A stretch of 64,000 bases of DNA from contig OY781092.1 in assembly GCA_963676615.1 (NCBI GenBank), positions 960,001 to 1,024,000 of the forward strand, read 5' to 3'. The translations under genes were made by a program, and so were the position numbers. Of the stretch, positions 1-8,968 are shown piece after piece. Within the stretch, counting starts at the first letter, position 1, and every line of letters begins with the position of its first letter. Origin of the DNA: Candidatus Cloacimonadota bacterium (GTDB taxonomy: Bacteria; Cloacimonadota; Cloacimonadia; G963667145). The notes under the pieces were generated by a model that saw only the letters and a list, made by a program, of their open reading frames with translations, was not told the DNA's origin and made no database searches.

Positions 1-984
1 ATTATCCAAATCGCGCGAGTCGGTTTTGTCGAACAAACTTGGCTCCCAAACGCGGCAAACTTTCTCTTTCACATCGATTTGGAAAGCGTCGTCGTGCAGC
101 ACAACTTTTTTGAAGCCCTCTGGCATCGTGCCGGCGTTATCCGCAGAGTTGGTGTGCGAAGATTTGCCCGTTCCAGACAAACCGTAGAACGCGATGGCTC
201 TCTTGCCCAATTTTTTGTAATCGCCAGCGCATTCCGAGAAATCGATCTCCTTGATACCGCCGTGACTAGCAGCCATACCAAGGCGCATTCCGCTGGTCCA
301 CGCCAAAGTGAGCGTCCCTTTTTTTCTCTCGCCAAAATAGCGCATTCCAAGGTTTACAATCACATTGTGATCTTGGTCAACCAAAGCCAGTTGCGGCGCG
401 CCAGTGTTTTCGTAGAATGGATCGGCGTTGCTCCAATCGTTAAAAGCAAGGATGAGAATGTCCTGAATCGGCAGCTCTTTGCTGGCGGCATACTCTTTTG
501 CCATCGACTCAAACGGCGTAAAGTTGCACAACCAGTTGAACACATTGTTCGCGTCCGACTCGGTGGTGATATATGTGGCTTTGAGCATCAAATCGTTGTC
601 CAAGCCAACAATCGCCTCTGCTTTGATGAGCGGTTGTTTTTGCATCTGATAAACAGCCTCGCGCAAGTCTCCGTTGAGCTTTCTTTTGTCGGCAGCGGAA
701 CTTTTGGAATAAAATCTTCTAGCCTTGGCGGTTCGGCCGATGATTTTTCCGTGATTGTCCACAAGCACCTTGGCGCCCTTTGGCAAACCCAATCTTTTAG
801 CAGTTCCTTCGTAGATCTCAAGGTCTGTTTCTTCCACACTCGACTGCTTTTTGGCCAGCTCATAAGCCTCAGCCGCGGTTACTTTACGCACTTTCTTCGA
901 GTGCAACAAAGTTTCTGCCACCGCTCTTACCGGTGAAATCTGGTCGATAGAGTCATAAAACTCTAAGCTTGGTTTACTAGACAT
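1..984 (-). CDS. pckA: Phosphoenolpyruvate carboxykinase (ATP)-family protein, 3' end outside window
   Basis: Not in the ORF track (runs off the edge). Manual translation MSSKPSLEFYDSIDQ... gives YFGERKKG, P-loop FYGLSGTGKSSHT and LHDD; GGAGAG RBS upstream of ATG 984. Confidence 0.8.
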   Translation of the reverse strand, partial: MSSKPSLEFYDSIDQISPVRAVAETLLHSKKVRKVTAAEAYELAKKQSSVEETDLEIYEGTAKRLGLPKGAKVLVDNHGKIIGRTAKARRFYSKSSAADKRKLNGDLREAVYQMQKQPLIKAEAIVGLDNDLMLKATYITTESDANNVFNWLCNFTPFESMAKEYAASKELPIQDILILAFNDWSNADPFYENTGAPQLALVDQDHNVIVNLGMRYFGERKKGTLTLAWTSGMRLGMAASHGGIKEIDFSECAGDYKKLGKRAIAFYGLSGTGKSSHTNSADNAGTMPEGFKKVVLHDDAFQIDVKEKVCRVWEPSLFDKTDSRDLDN

Positions 985-1013
985 ACTTAACTCTCCTTGT
1001 CTTAAGTAGTTTT

Positions 1014-3224
1014 TTACATGGCCTCTTGTCCACACTTCGGACAAACTTTGACCTGCTTCCCTTTTTTATTTCTAAGTTCCATATACGGATTGCCGCACGA
1101 CGGACACGCGATAGGCACTGGCTTGTTATTCGTGGCAAACTTGCAAGCGGGATACTCCGTGCACGCATAAAAAATTCCTCGCTTGCTCATTTTTTGGATA
1201 ATCTCGCCTTTGCCGCACTCTGGGCACTTCACTCCCAAAGTCAACGGCTTGGAAAATTTGCAATCTGGATAGCCACTACAAGCGACAAACTCGCCAAATC
1301 TCCCTTTTTTTATCGTCAAATCTTTCCCGCACTCTGGGCATTTTTCGTCCAAAACCTTTGGCTTCTCAATCTCGATCTGCCCTTTGGCGTTCGTCGTAAA
1401 ATCTGCCGAAAATTTGCATTTTGGATAGTCGCTACAAGTCAAAAACTGCCCGTTTCTTCCCCATTTAATCACCAAATATTTTCCGCATTTCGGACACTTC
1501 TTGCGCGTTTTTTTCACCAACGACTCTTTCGCCTTGCCCGTATCCACCTTATCCATCAGCTTGTGCATCTCTTGATAATAGACCGCCAAAAACTTCTTCC
1601 AATCCAGCTTTCCGTCGCTGATATCGTCCAAATCGCTCTCCATTCCAGAGGTAAACTCGGTGTTAAAAAACGAATCGAAACTTCCCACCAAAAACTTGTT
1701 CACCGCCATACCGAGCTCCAGCGCATAAAAACGCTTCTCCGAAAGCTGCACATAGCCCCGCTCTTGAATCGTCGACAAAATGCTGGCATAAGTCGAAGGT
1801 CTGCCGATGCCTTGCGCTTCCAGCTCCTTGATCAAAGAGCTCTCCGAATATCTGGCTGGCGGCTTGGTGAACTTCTGTTCAGGCAAAATCTCTTCCTTAT
1901 CCAAAAAATCGCCCTTTTCATAATCGGCAGAAATATTTTCGCCCAAAGCCAGCTTCGTAAACGAATAACAAGCCGTAAAACCTGCATCCTTAACGCTTCC
2001 GCCTATCGCCTCAAAAACCGCATCGCCCTTGCCAATAATCACCTTTTTGCTCACCACCACAGCAGCCTTCATCTGCGTCGCCACAAACCGCTGCCAAATC
2101 AAATTGTAGAGCTTAAACTGCTCGCTGGTCAAAAACTTTTTGATGCTCTCTGGCGTCCTGCTCACATCCGTCGGGCGTATCGCCTCGTGCGCGTCCTGCG
2201 CTCCCTTTTTTCCCTTGTAATGCCGCGGCTTTGGCTCAAGCGCCTGTTTCCCATAAAGCTCTGGAATCAAACCTCGCGTCGCCTGCACAGCCTCGTCCGA
2301 CATCCGCACCGAATCTGTCCTCATATAGGTGATAAGCCCCGTGCTGTCTTTCTCCAAAACGATACCCTCATACAACTTTTGGGCAACACCCATCGTGCGT
2401 TTTGCCGAAAAGCCAAGATAGGTCGAAGCCGCTCGCTGCAAAGTCGAAGTGATAAACGGCGGATACGGATTGGTCTTTCGCTGACTCTGTTCGATATCCA
2501 AAATATTCGACTCTTTGTCCGAAATCGCCCCTAAAATTTTATCAACATCATCCTTACACTTCGGATCAGCCTTTTCTCCAGCAAACTCCGTCAGTTTCGC
2601 CTTAAAAATCGGCGTTTTACCTTTTCCGAAATTCCCAAAAACTTCCCAAAACTCCTGCGGCACAAAAGCTTTAATTAGCTCCTCTCGCTCGCAAACCATC
2701 CGCAAAGCCACCGACTGCACTCTGCCAGCGGAAAGCCCATAGTAGATAACTCGCCAAATCAGCGGCGAAATTTCGTAGCCCACCAACCGATCCAGCACAC
2801 GCCGTGCCTGCTGCGAATTAACCATATTCATATCGATATCCACAGGCTCGCTCACCGCTTTCTGCACCGCCTTCTGCGTAATCTCGTTAAACACCACGCG
2901 ATACACCGGCTTATCCTTAATCTCTTTCTTCAAAAGCTCCGTCAGATGCCAAGCAATCGCCTCTCCCTCTCGATCGGGGTCAGCCGCCAAATAAATATCT
3001 TTCGCCGTCTTCGCCGCATCCTTTAGTTTTTTGGTAATCTTCGCCTTCGAGCGGTCGTTTACATACTTCACCTCAAAATTTTGCTCCACATCAACGCCCA
3101 ACTTGCTCTTGGGCAAATCACGAATATGCCCCATCGAAGACTCAACCTTAAAATTACTCCCCAAAAATTTCGAAATCGTCTTACTCTTGGCAGGAGACTC
3201 CACAATCAGCAAACTTTTCGCCAT
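1014..3224 (-). CDS. topA: DNA topoisomerase I
   Basis: LIVESPAK, DPDREGEAI, SAGRVQS, LITYMRTDS, C-terminal Zn-ribbon repeats. Confidence 0.97.
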   Translation of the reverse strand: MAKSLLIVESPAKSKTISKFLGSNFKVESSMGHIRDLPKSKLGVDVEQNFEVKYVNDRSKAKITKKLKDAAKTAKDIYLAADPDREGEAIAWHLTELLKKEIKDKPVYRVVFNEITQKAVQKAVSEPVDIDMNMVNSQQARRVLDRLVGYEISPLIWRVIYYGLSAGRVQSVALRMVCEREELIKAFVPQEFWEVFGNFGKGKTPIFKAKLTEFAGEKADPKCKDDVDKILGAISDKESNILDIEQSQRKTNPYPPFITSTLQRAASTYLGFSAKRTMGVAQKLYEGIVLEKDSTGLITYMRTDSVRMSDEAVQATRGLIPELYGKQALEPKPRHYKGKKGAQDAHEAIRPTDVSRTPESIKKFLTSEQFKLYNLIWQRFVATQMKAAVVVSKKVIIGKGDAVFEAIGGSVKDAGFTACYSFTKLALGENISADYEKGDFLDKEEILPEQKFTKPPARYSESSLIKELEAQGIGRPSTYASILSTIQERGYVQLSEKRFYALELGMAVNKFLVGSFDSFFNTEFTSGMESDLDDISDGKLDWKKFLAVYYQEMHKLMDKVDTGKAKESLVKKTRKKCPKCGKYLVIKWGRNGQFLTCSDYPKCKFSADFTTNAKGQIEIEKPKVLDEKCPECGKDLTIKKGRFGEFVACSGYPDCKFSKPLTLGVKCPECGKGEIIQKMSKRGIFYACTEYPACKFATNNKPVPIACPSCGNPYMELRNKKGKQVKVCPKCGQEAM

Positions 3225-3578
3225 CTAATTTTCCTCTTCCACATCGGGATATATTTTATCCATAATACTCACATACGCTTTGGATTTGCTCTCGTGCGGC
3301 GCAAACATCACCGAATCGACAATCTTCCGAAGATTCTCAATCTCAATTTTCTCCTTATAAAAATGACTAAACCCGTTAGACACCTCCATAATCGTCTCGA
3401 AAACTCTGGAATCGATCGACTCGCTATAAAGCAAATCCAGCAAAAAAGACTGCGCCGAACCAGTAAAAATCTCTCGCTCGCCACTGCTCATCACCCGATA
3501 ACTATCAACCGACTGCCCCTTCGGGCTGCCAAAAAGCTCAATCAGCTTTAGCCTTAATTTTTTCGTCATCTTATCCAT
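3225..3578 (-). CDS. Hypothetical protein (117 aa) between glyS and topA
   Basis: Fills the gap exactly, co-oriented, stop abuts topA ATG; no recognisable motif. Confidence 0.7.
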   Translation of the reverse strand: MDKMTKKLRLKLIELFGSPKGQSVDSYRVMSSGEREIFTGSAQSFLLDLLYSESIDSRVFETIMEVSNGFSHFYKEKIEIENLRKIVDSVMFAPHESKSKAYVSIMDKIYPDVEEEN

Positions 3579-3581
3579 ATT

Positions 3582-5627
3582 CTACTTCAAATCTCCAGCT
3601 TCGATCTGGCTAAGGTCAATCACCCGCCTAATCGACCGCCTAATTTCCGCCAAAAGATTCCACCTATTCAGCCTCAACTTCTCATCCTCGGCGTTCACCA
3701 TAATTTTTTCAAAAAACAGCTCGATAAATCCGCAAAAATCGACCAACTCAGCTATTTTTTCTGCAAAACTTTTATCAGAATCCAAACTCAACTCGCTAAA
3801 AGCGGCAAAAAGTTCTTTCTCCTCTTTCTCCTGCAAAAGCTCCCTCTGCACCTCTCCACAAGGCTTCGCACTCGCCAAAATATTGTCAATCCGCTTGCAC
3901 GCCAACACCAAAAGCAAAAACTCGCTGCTACTTTTCATCGGCTGAAGCACCGCCAACTTCTTCTCTATCTCCAGTAAATTCAAACCGTTATCATCACTCA
4001 GCAAAGCCGACAACAAATCTGCTGGCACATTTTTTTGTCCAAAAACATACTTCGCCCGTTGCCGCAAAAAATCGACCACAAAATCCAAATGCTGGCTCTG
4101 AACACTCTCGGGCTGCACCGCAAAGCACTCTCGCACCACATCCACCAAATCAACATCGTAGCCCCTATCCAGCACAATTCGGCAAATTCCCGTTGCCGCA
4201 CGCCGCAGCGCAAAAGGGTCCGCAGAACCAGTCGGCAACATCCCAATCCCCACAATCCCGCAGAGCGTATCCATCTTGTCGGCAATCGCCAAAATCGCAC
4301 CCAAATCGCCGCTGGGCAGCTCATCGCCAAGACCTTTGGGCAGATAATGCTCCTCTATCGCCAAAGCCACCTGCGAGCTAACCCCCGCGCACAAAGCGTA
4401 CTGCCTGCCGATATACCCCTGCAACTTCGTGAACTCCTTCTCGCCGAGCATCGTCGTCACCAGATCGCACTTGCAAAGCTTCGCCGCAAGCAGCAAATCT
4501 TCGCCGCTACTCACCGACAGCTTCGCCCGCAAAAACTCGCCCAGCTTCTCCACGCGCTGCACTTTCGACAAAAGCGAACCCAAATCTCGCTGAAAAGTCA
4601 CATCGCCCAAACTCGGATAATATTCCAGCAAACTCTTTTTCGTGTCCTCTTTATAAAAAAACTCCGCATCCGAAAGCCGCGCCTTTGCCACCTTCTGATT
4701 GCCGACGATAATCAACTTCTCGTTCTCCTTCTTGCCATTGGACACAAACACAAACTTATTCACCAGCTTGCCGTCTTTCTTCGTCGCAAAGCACTTTTGA
4801 TGCTCGCACAAAGTCGTCACGATTATCTTCTCTGGCAACTGCAAAAACCGCTTATCAAACTCGCCAACCATCACCACAGGATACTCCACAATATCGCACA
4901 CCAAATCCATCAGCCTGCTATCGGCAACCACCTCAACATCCAAAAGCGCAAACTGTTCCGCAATTTTCTCCATCCGCTTTTTCCGATTGGCAATCACTCT
5001 GCCGCTCAAAAGCGCCGCTTCATAATCGTCCGCCTGCCCCAGCTCGTGCCGTCTGCCAAACTCCCGATGCGAAAAAGTCGCCCTGCCAGTCTTTACATCA
5101 GCCACCTGAAAATCGAGCACCTGATCATCCAGCAAAGCCACCAGCCAGCGGATTGGTCGCGCAAACAGAAAAGTGCCGCTTCCCCATTTCATCGACTTGG
5201 GAAAACTGATCTTCTCAATCGCCTCTTTGGACAAACTCGCCAAAATATCCGCCGTCTTCTGCCCCTTCCGCTCATAACTCACGCAAATATTTTTGCCCTT
5301 TTTGCCCTCAACAACGCAAATCTGGCTCGCATCGCAACCGCTACTACGCAAAAAACCTTCGCCCGCTTTGGACAAACTCTTGCCATCTGGCAAATAAGCG
5401 ACCTCCACTCTCGGTCCGATTTTCTCAATCGTCTTATCTTTTTGCGCCCCAGGAAGCCCCAAAATCAGCAGCGCCATTCTGCGTGGAGTATCAAAAACCT
5501 CAATCTGCTCAAAACCGAGCTCAGACTCCTGCAACCCCTTTTGCAAAAAACTCTTCAGCTGACCGACAGCGCCAGCGATATATCCCGCAGGAATCTCTTC
5601 AGTTCCCACTTCCAACAAAAAATTCAT
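3582..5627 (-). CDS. glyS: Glycine--tRNA ligase beta subunit
   Basis: FLLEVGTEEIP, TPRR, SMKWG, FARPIRW, GSADPFALRR, C-terminal anticodon-binding domain. Confidence 0.96.
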   Translation of the reverse strand: MNFLLEVGTEEIPAGYIAGAVGQLKSFLQKGLQESELGFEQIEVFDTPRRMALLILGLPGAQKDKTIEKIGPRVEVAYLPDGKSLSKAGEGFLRSSGCDASQICVVEGKKGKNICVSYERKGQKTADILASLSKEAIEKISFPKSMKWGSGTFLFARPIRWLVALLDDQVLDFQVADVKTGRATFSHREFGRRHELGQADDYEAALLSGRVIANRKKRMEKIAEQFALLDVEVVADSRLMDLVCDIVEYPVVMVGEFDKRFLQLPEKIIVTTLCEHQKCFATKKDGKLVNKFVFVSNGKKENEKLIIVGNQKVAKARLSDAEFFYKEDTKKSLLEYYPSLGDVTFQRDLGSLLSKVQRVEKLGEFLRAKLSVSSGEDLLLAAKLCKCDLVTTMLGEKEFTKLQGYIGRQYALCAGVSSQVALAIEEHYLPKGLGDELPSGDLGAILAIADKMDTLCGIVGIGMLPTGSADPFALRRAATGICRIVLDRGYDVDLVDVVRECFAVQPESVQSQHLDFVVDFLRQRAKYVFGQKNVPADLLSALLSDDNGLNLLEIEKKLAVLQPMKSSSEFLLLVLACKRIDNILASAKPCGEVQRELLQEKEEKELFAAFSELSLDSDKSFAEKIAELVDFCGFIELFFEKIMVNAEDEKLRLNRWNLLAEIRRSIRRVIDLSQIEAGDLK

Positions 5628-5642
5628 CTTCTAATTCTCTAA

Positions 5643-7013
5643 TCAAAAATCCGTTATTTTTCGGCACACCTCGCGGCAAATACTCTCCGCCAAATCTTCA
5701 CTCTGCGCCTCAACATACACCCGCACAATTGGCTCGGTTCCGCTTTTGCGAATATGCACCCACTTTTTTTCGCCGACGATTTTAACGCCGTCTTTAATAT
5801 CCAAAAATTTTTCTTCGCCTTGCCAAAAATCTGCCTCTTCATAAATTTTGCCAGCCAAACTCATCACCTTATCCAAATCAGAAAAACTGGTTTCAATCTT
5901 CTGTTTTGCAAAAAAATAGGTCGGCAACTCGGCGTTCAGCTCCGATAGTTTTTTACCCGAAAGCGCCATATAATTCAGCACGATAGCAATCCCCACAATC
6001 GCATCGCGCGTGTAATGCAGCTCCGAACAAATCACACCGCCATTGCCCTCGCCACCAATCTTCGCCCCCACCTCTTTCATCTTCGAGCCGACATTTATCT
6101 CGCCAACTTTTTCTCGAAAAACCTTAACGCCATACTTCGCCGCCAAATCGTCGCTGCCCATCGAAGACGAAAGGTTCGTCACAATATCGCTAGGCGTCCT
6201 CGACAAAATAAAATCCTCGCACAAAAGCAAACTTTTCTCCTCGCCGATGCACACCCCATTCTCGTCCACAATCGCCAGACGGTCAACATCTGGATCCGTA
6301 GCAAAACCGACATCCACGCCGCTGTCTTTCGCCAAATCGCAAAGCTGCTGCAAATTTTTTGCTTGCGGCTCGGGATTATGCGCAAAAACGCCCGTCGGCT
6401 CTGTGTTTATCTGCTCCACCACACAACCAAGACGCTTCAAAAGTTCAAGGCAAATCTCGCCTCCAGCGCCGTTAACTGTGTCCAGAGCCACTCGAAATCT
6501 CTTGTGCCGAATCGCCTGCAAATCCATAAACGACAGACCTAAAATCTTCTCCAGATGCAACTCTATCGCCGTCTGATCTTGCTCCTGCGTCCCCATTTTG
6601 TCCCAGCTTGCATAAGCGACCTCTTCTTTCAAAGAGTCGATAAACTTTTTCGCCTTCTCGGGATACAAAAACAAGCCGTTGGCGTCCACGAACTTCATCG
6701 CGTTCCACTGCCCAGGATTGTGGCTAGCTGTAATGGCGATGCCTCCGCAAGCGTCCGACTCTTGCACCAGTAGCAGCACCGTTGGTGTAGCCACAACGCC
6801 GATATCAACCACCGTGCAACCCACGCTCAGCAGCCCCGCCTTCACGCTGTGCAACATCGCTTCTCCTGTGGTTCTGCTGTCTCTGCCTACCACGATTTTT
6901 CCGCAGCCTTGGCTCAAACCAAATTTGGCAGCAACTCGCACGACATTTTCTGGCAAAAGATCTTTGCCATAGACACCCCTCATCCCCGAAACACTCACCA
7001 TCAATTTACTCAT
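5643..7013 (-). CDS. glmM: Alpha-D-phosphohexomutase (phosphoglucosamine mutase / phosphomannomutase)
   Basis: SVSGMRG, phosphoserine motif TASHNP, metal loop DPDVDR, GGEGNGG, RKSGTEP; start placed at MSKLMV. Substrate not certain. Confidence 0.8.
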   Translation of the reverse strand: MSKLMVSVSGMRGVYGKDLLPENVVRVAAKFGLSQGCGKIVVGRDSRTTGEAMLHSVKAGLLSVGCTVVDIGVVATPTVLLLVQESDACGGIAITASHNPGQWNAMKFVDANGLFLYPEKAKKFIDSLKEEVAYASWDKMGTQEQDQTAIELHLEKILGLSFMDLQAIRHKRFRVALDTVNGAGGEICLELLKRLGCVVEQINTEPTGVFAHNPEPQAKNLQQLCDLAKDSGVDVGFATDPDVDRLAIVDENGVCIGEEKSLLLCEDFILSRTPSDIVTNLSSSMGSDDLAAKYGVKVFREKVGEINVGSKMKEVGAKIGGEGNGGVICSELHYTRDAIVGIAIVLNYMALSGKKLSELNAELPTYFFAKQKIETSFSDLDKVMSLAGKIYEEADFWQGEEKFLDIKDGVKIVGEKKWVHIRKSGTEPIVRVYVEAQSEDLAESICREVCRKITDF

Positions 7014-7142
7014 TTTCAGTCCTTTAAAATTTTTGGGATATTTTTTGTGAAGTTGCAAATTGTCAAAATTTTTTTGCAAAATTAACCAATCAACCTAAGA
7101 AGGACCATCAAAACCGCTTTTCTAAAAAAAATAAAAAAAACA

Positions 7143-7763
7143 CTACGCCCAATTTTTCACAAAATCGTAGGCGTGCTCAAACTCTTGCCAAAAATTTCCT
7201 GGAATCCAGAACATCGCAAAAGAGCTATCTTGCGGATGATAAGCCATATGCCGCAAAAATTTGGGCTGCGCAGTTTGCAAAAAATTTGTCAGCGCCAAAA
7301 AATCAGCCTCATTCTCGCAAAAAACGGAAAAACTTTGTCCGCCAGCTTTCACTTTTTTGCTCTTCAAATCGCCAATTTTTATCGCCTGCGCGCATTTGCT
7401 GTGCAAAATATGCCAAGCCCCACTGGCAGTAGCGGTTTTGGCGAAAATCGTCAGATAAAGTTTATCGCTTCTGCCAAAAATTTTTGCGATAGGCAGATAG
7501 AGCGGCGACTGCCGTGGAAGCAGCGTCAACACGCCATTTATGTGCGAGATTTTTTTGGACTTTACGCTTTTGTAGTTGAAATTGTAGCCAATCAAACCGC
7601 CAATGTTGGTGTAGCTTTTTTGCTTGGGGCGCAAAACTTCCTCCAAAATGCGAAAAGTCACTCTGCCCAATTTTTTGTTGTATCTGGCTCCAAAAAAATA
7701 GGCGAAAGCGAGCACCAAAGTCAGCACCACGAACAGATAAAAAAGCGGATTTTCTTCCATCAT
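7143..7763 (-). CDS. Single-pass membrane protein, last gene of the cstA-ArsA operon (possible CCDC47/DUF1682-like)
   Basis: N-terminal TM helix then soluble domain; ATGA overlap with the ATPase gene. Family resemblance is from recalled sequence only (see findings). Confidence 0.75.
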   Translation of the reverse strand: MMEENPLFYLFVVLTLVLAFAYFFGARYNKKLGRVTFRILEEVLRPKQKSYTNIGGLIGYNFNYKSVKSKKISHINGVLTLLPRQSPLYLPIAKIFGRSDKLYLTIFAKTATASGAWHILHSKCAQAIKIGDLKSKKVKAGGQSFSVFCENEADFLALTNFLQTAQPKFLRHMAYHPQDSSFAMFWIPGNFWQEFEHAYDFVKNWA

Positions 7764-8671
7764 TCCTTTTCCTTTTTTTGCAAAATTTTTGTCAAATCTT
7801 CGCTAAATTTTTGATAATCAGATCGTTCCAGCAGCTCTAAACATCTGGTTTTTTTGCCCAGCAGCTTTTTTTTGATGCACAAAATCCGCTCATTTTGCCC
7901 GTCTGCAACCTTATTTATCAGCACAAATCTCAGCTCGATTCCGATTTCCCGCAGGCTCGCCTTTATCCGCTGCGACTCTTTTAGCGAGAGCTCATCCAAA
8001 TTCAGCACAATCCCACAGTGCGTGCTATCGCCTTTGAGCAAATCCTCAAGCCAACGATAGTCGGCAATCAGATTTTTTATCTTCTGCATCACCCTATCAT
8101 CGGTCTTTGCCCTGCGCGAGCGCAACTCGTTCTCTGGCTGACTGATAGCGGTAATGGCGTGCCGTCGCTCCAAAATTTTCTCCCGCAATTTTTTGAGCTG
8201 GTGTAGCCATTTTAGCGATATAGAAGCCAACGCCAAAACCCGCAAAGCCAAGCCCGTTGGCGGCGTGTCTATGACAATATTTTCGTAATTTGCGCTCTCT
8301 TTTTGCAAAAGTTGCAAAAGTGCCGAAACCGACGCAAACTCCTGCATCCCAGGCAGATAACGAAAAAGGTTGAAATATTTATCAACATTGTAGACGGTCG
8401 TATAGGAGTAAACTTGTTGCATCAGCTCTTTGGTTTTGGCGATATAAGCGTCGGCAGATTTTTGCGTATCAACTTCTAAAACAGCCAAATTGTCGGAAAA
8501 TTTTTTAATTTTTCCCGTAAAATTTTCGCCAAAAATATCACCCAAATTATGAGCGGGATCGAAAGACGCTAAAAGCGTCGCCTGATTTTTTTTAGCTAGC
8601 TGATGCGCCAGCGCCGACGAGCAGGTGGATTTGCCCACTCCGCCTTTTCCCAAAAGTATGACGAGTTTCAC
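7760..8671 (-). CDS. ArsA/Get3(TRC40)-family ATPase, single domain
   Basis: GKGGVGKST P-loop, SFDPAHNLGD switch I, PGMQE, DTPPTG switch II. Confidence 0.9.
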   Translation of the reverse strand: MKLVILLGKGGVGKSTCSSALAHQLAKKNQATLLASFDPAHNLGDIFGENFTGKIKKFSDNLAVLEVDTQKSADAYIAKTKELMQQVYSYTTVYNVDKYFNLFRYLPGMQEFASVSALLQLLQKESANYENIVIDTPPTGLALRVLALASISLKWLHQLKKLREKILERRHAITAISQPENELRSRRAKTDDRVMQKIKNLIADYRWLEDLLKGDSTHCGIVLNLDELSLKESQRIKASLREIGIELRFVLINKVADGQNERILCIKKKLLGKKTRCLELLERSDYQKFSEDLTKILQKKEKE

Positions 8672-8937
8672 AGCTCGCTCATTGCGGCAATTGTCGCCAA
8701 CATATCGTCCGCATTTTGCGCCTTGTCAAAAAAAAGCTGCCACTCTTTTTCCATATCGGGCAGATATTCCAAACTGTGATAAAACATCGGCATAGGAAAT
8801 CCCAAAAAGCAGCTCATCGACAGAAGGCAAAAAATGTTTTCCAGCTCCTGCAACTCCGTTTGCAAGCTCTCGACCGCCTTGCCACGATGCACGCTCTCCA
8901 AGGTTTCCCATGCCGCTCTAAAAAAATCCAGCTTCAA
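8668..8937 (-). CDS. Small helical protein of cstA-ArsA clusters (cory-CC-star-like)
   Basis: ENIFCLLSMSCFLGFPMP..SLEYLP resembles small proteins found between cstA and ArsA; TTG start, 4-bp overlap with the ATPase. Confidence 0.7.
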   Translation of the reverse strand: MKLDFFRAAWETLESVHRGKAVESLQTELQELENIFCLLSMSCFLGFPMPMFYHSLEYLPDMEKEWQLFFDKAQNADDMLATIAAMSEL

Positions 8938-8968
8938 GCAATTTTCCTAACAATCAAATCAACCAACG

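Noticed and set aside
7760..8671. Arsenite-efflux ArsA
   Set aside because: Single ATPase domain and no arsB/acr3/arsC/arsR nearby; the context is cstA.
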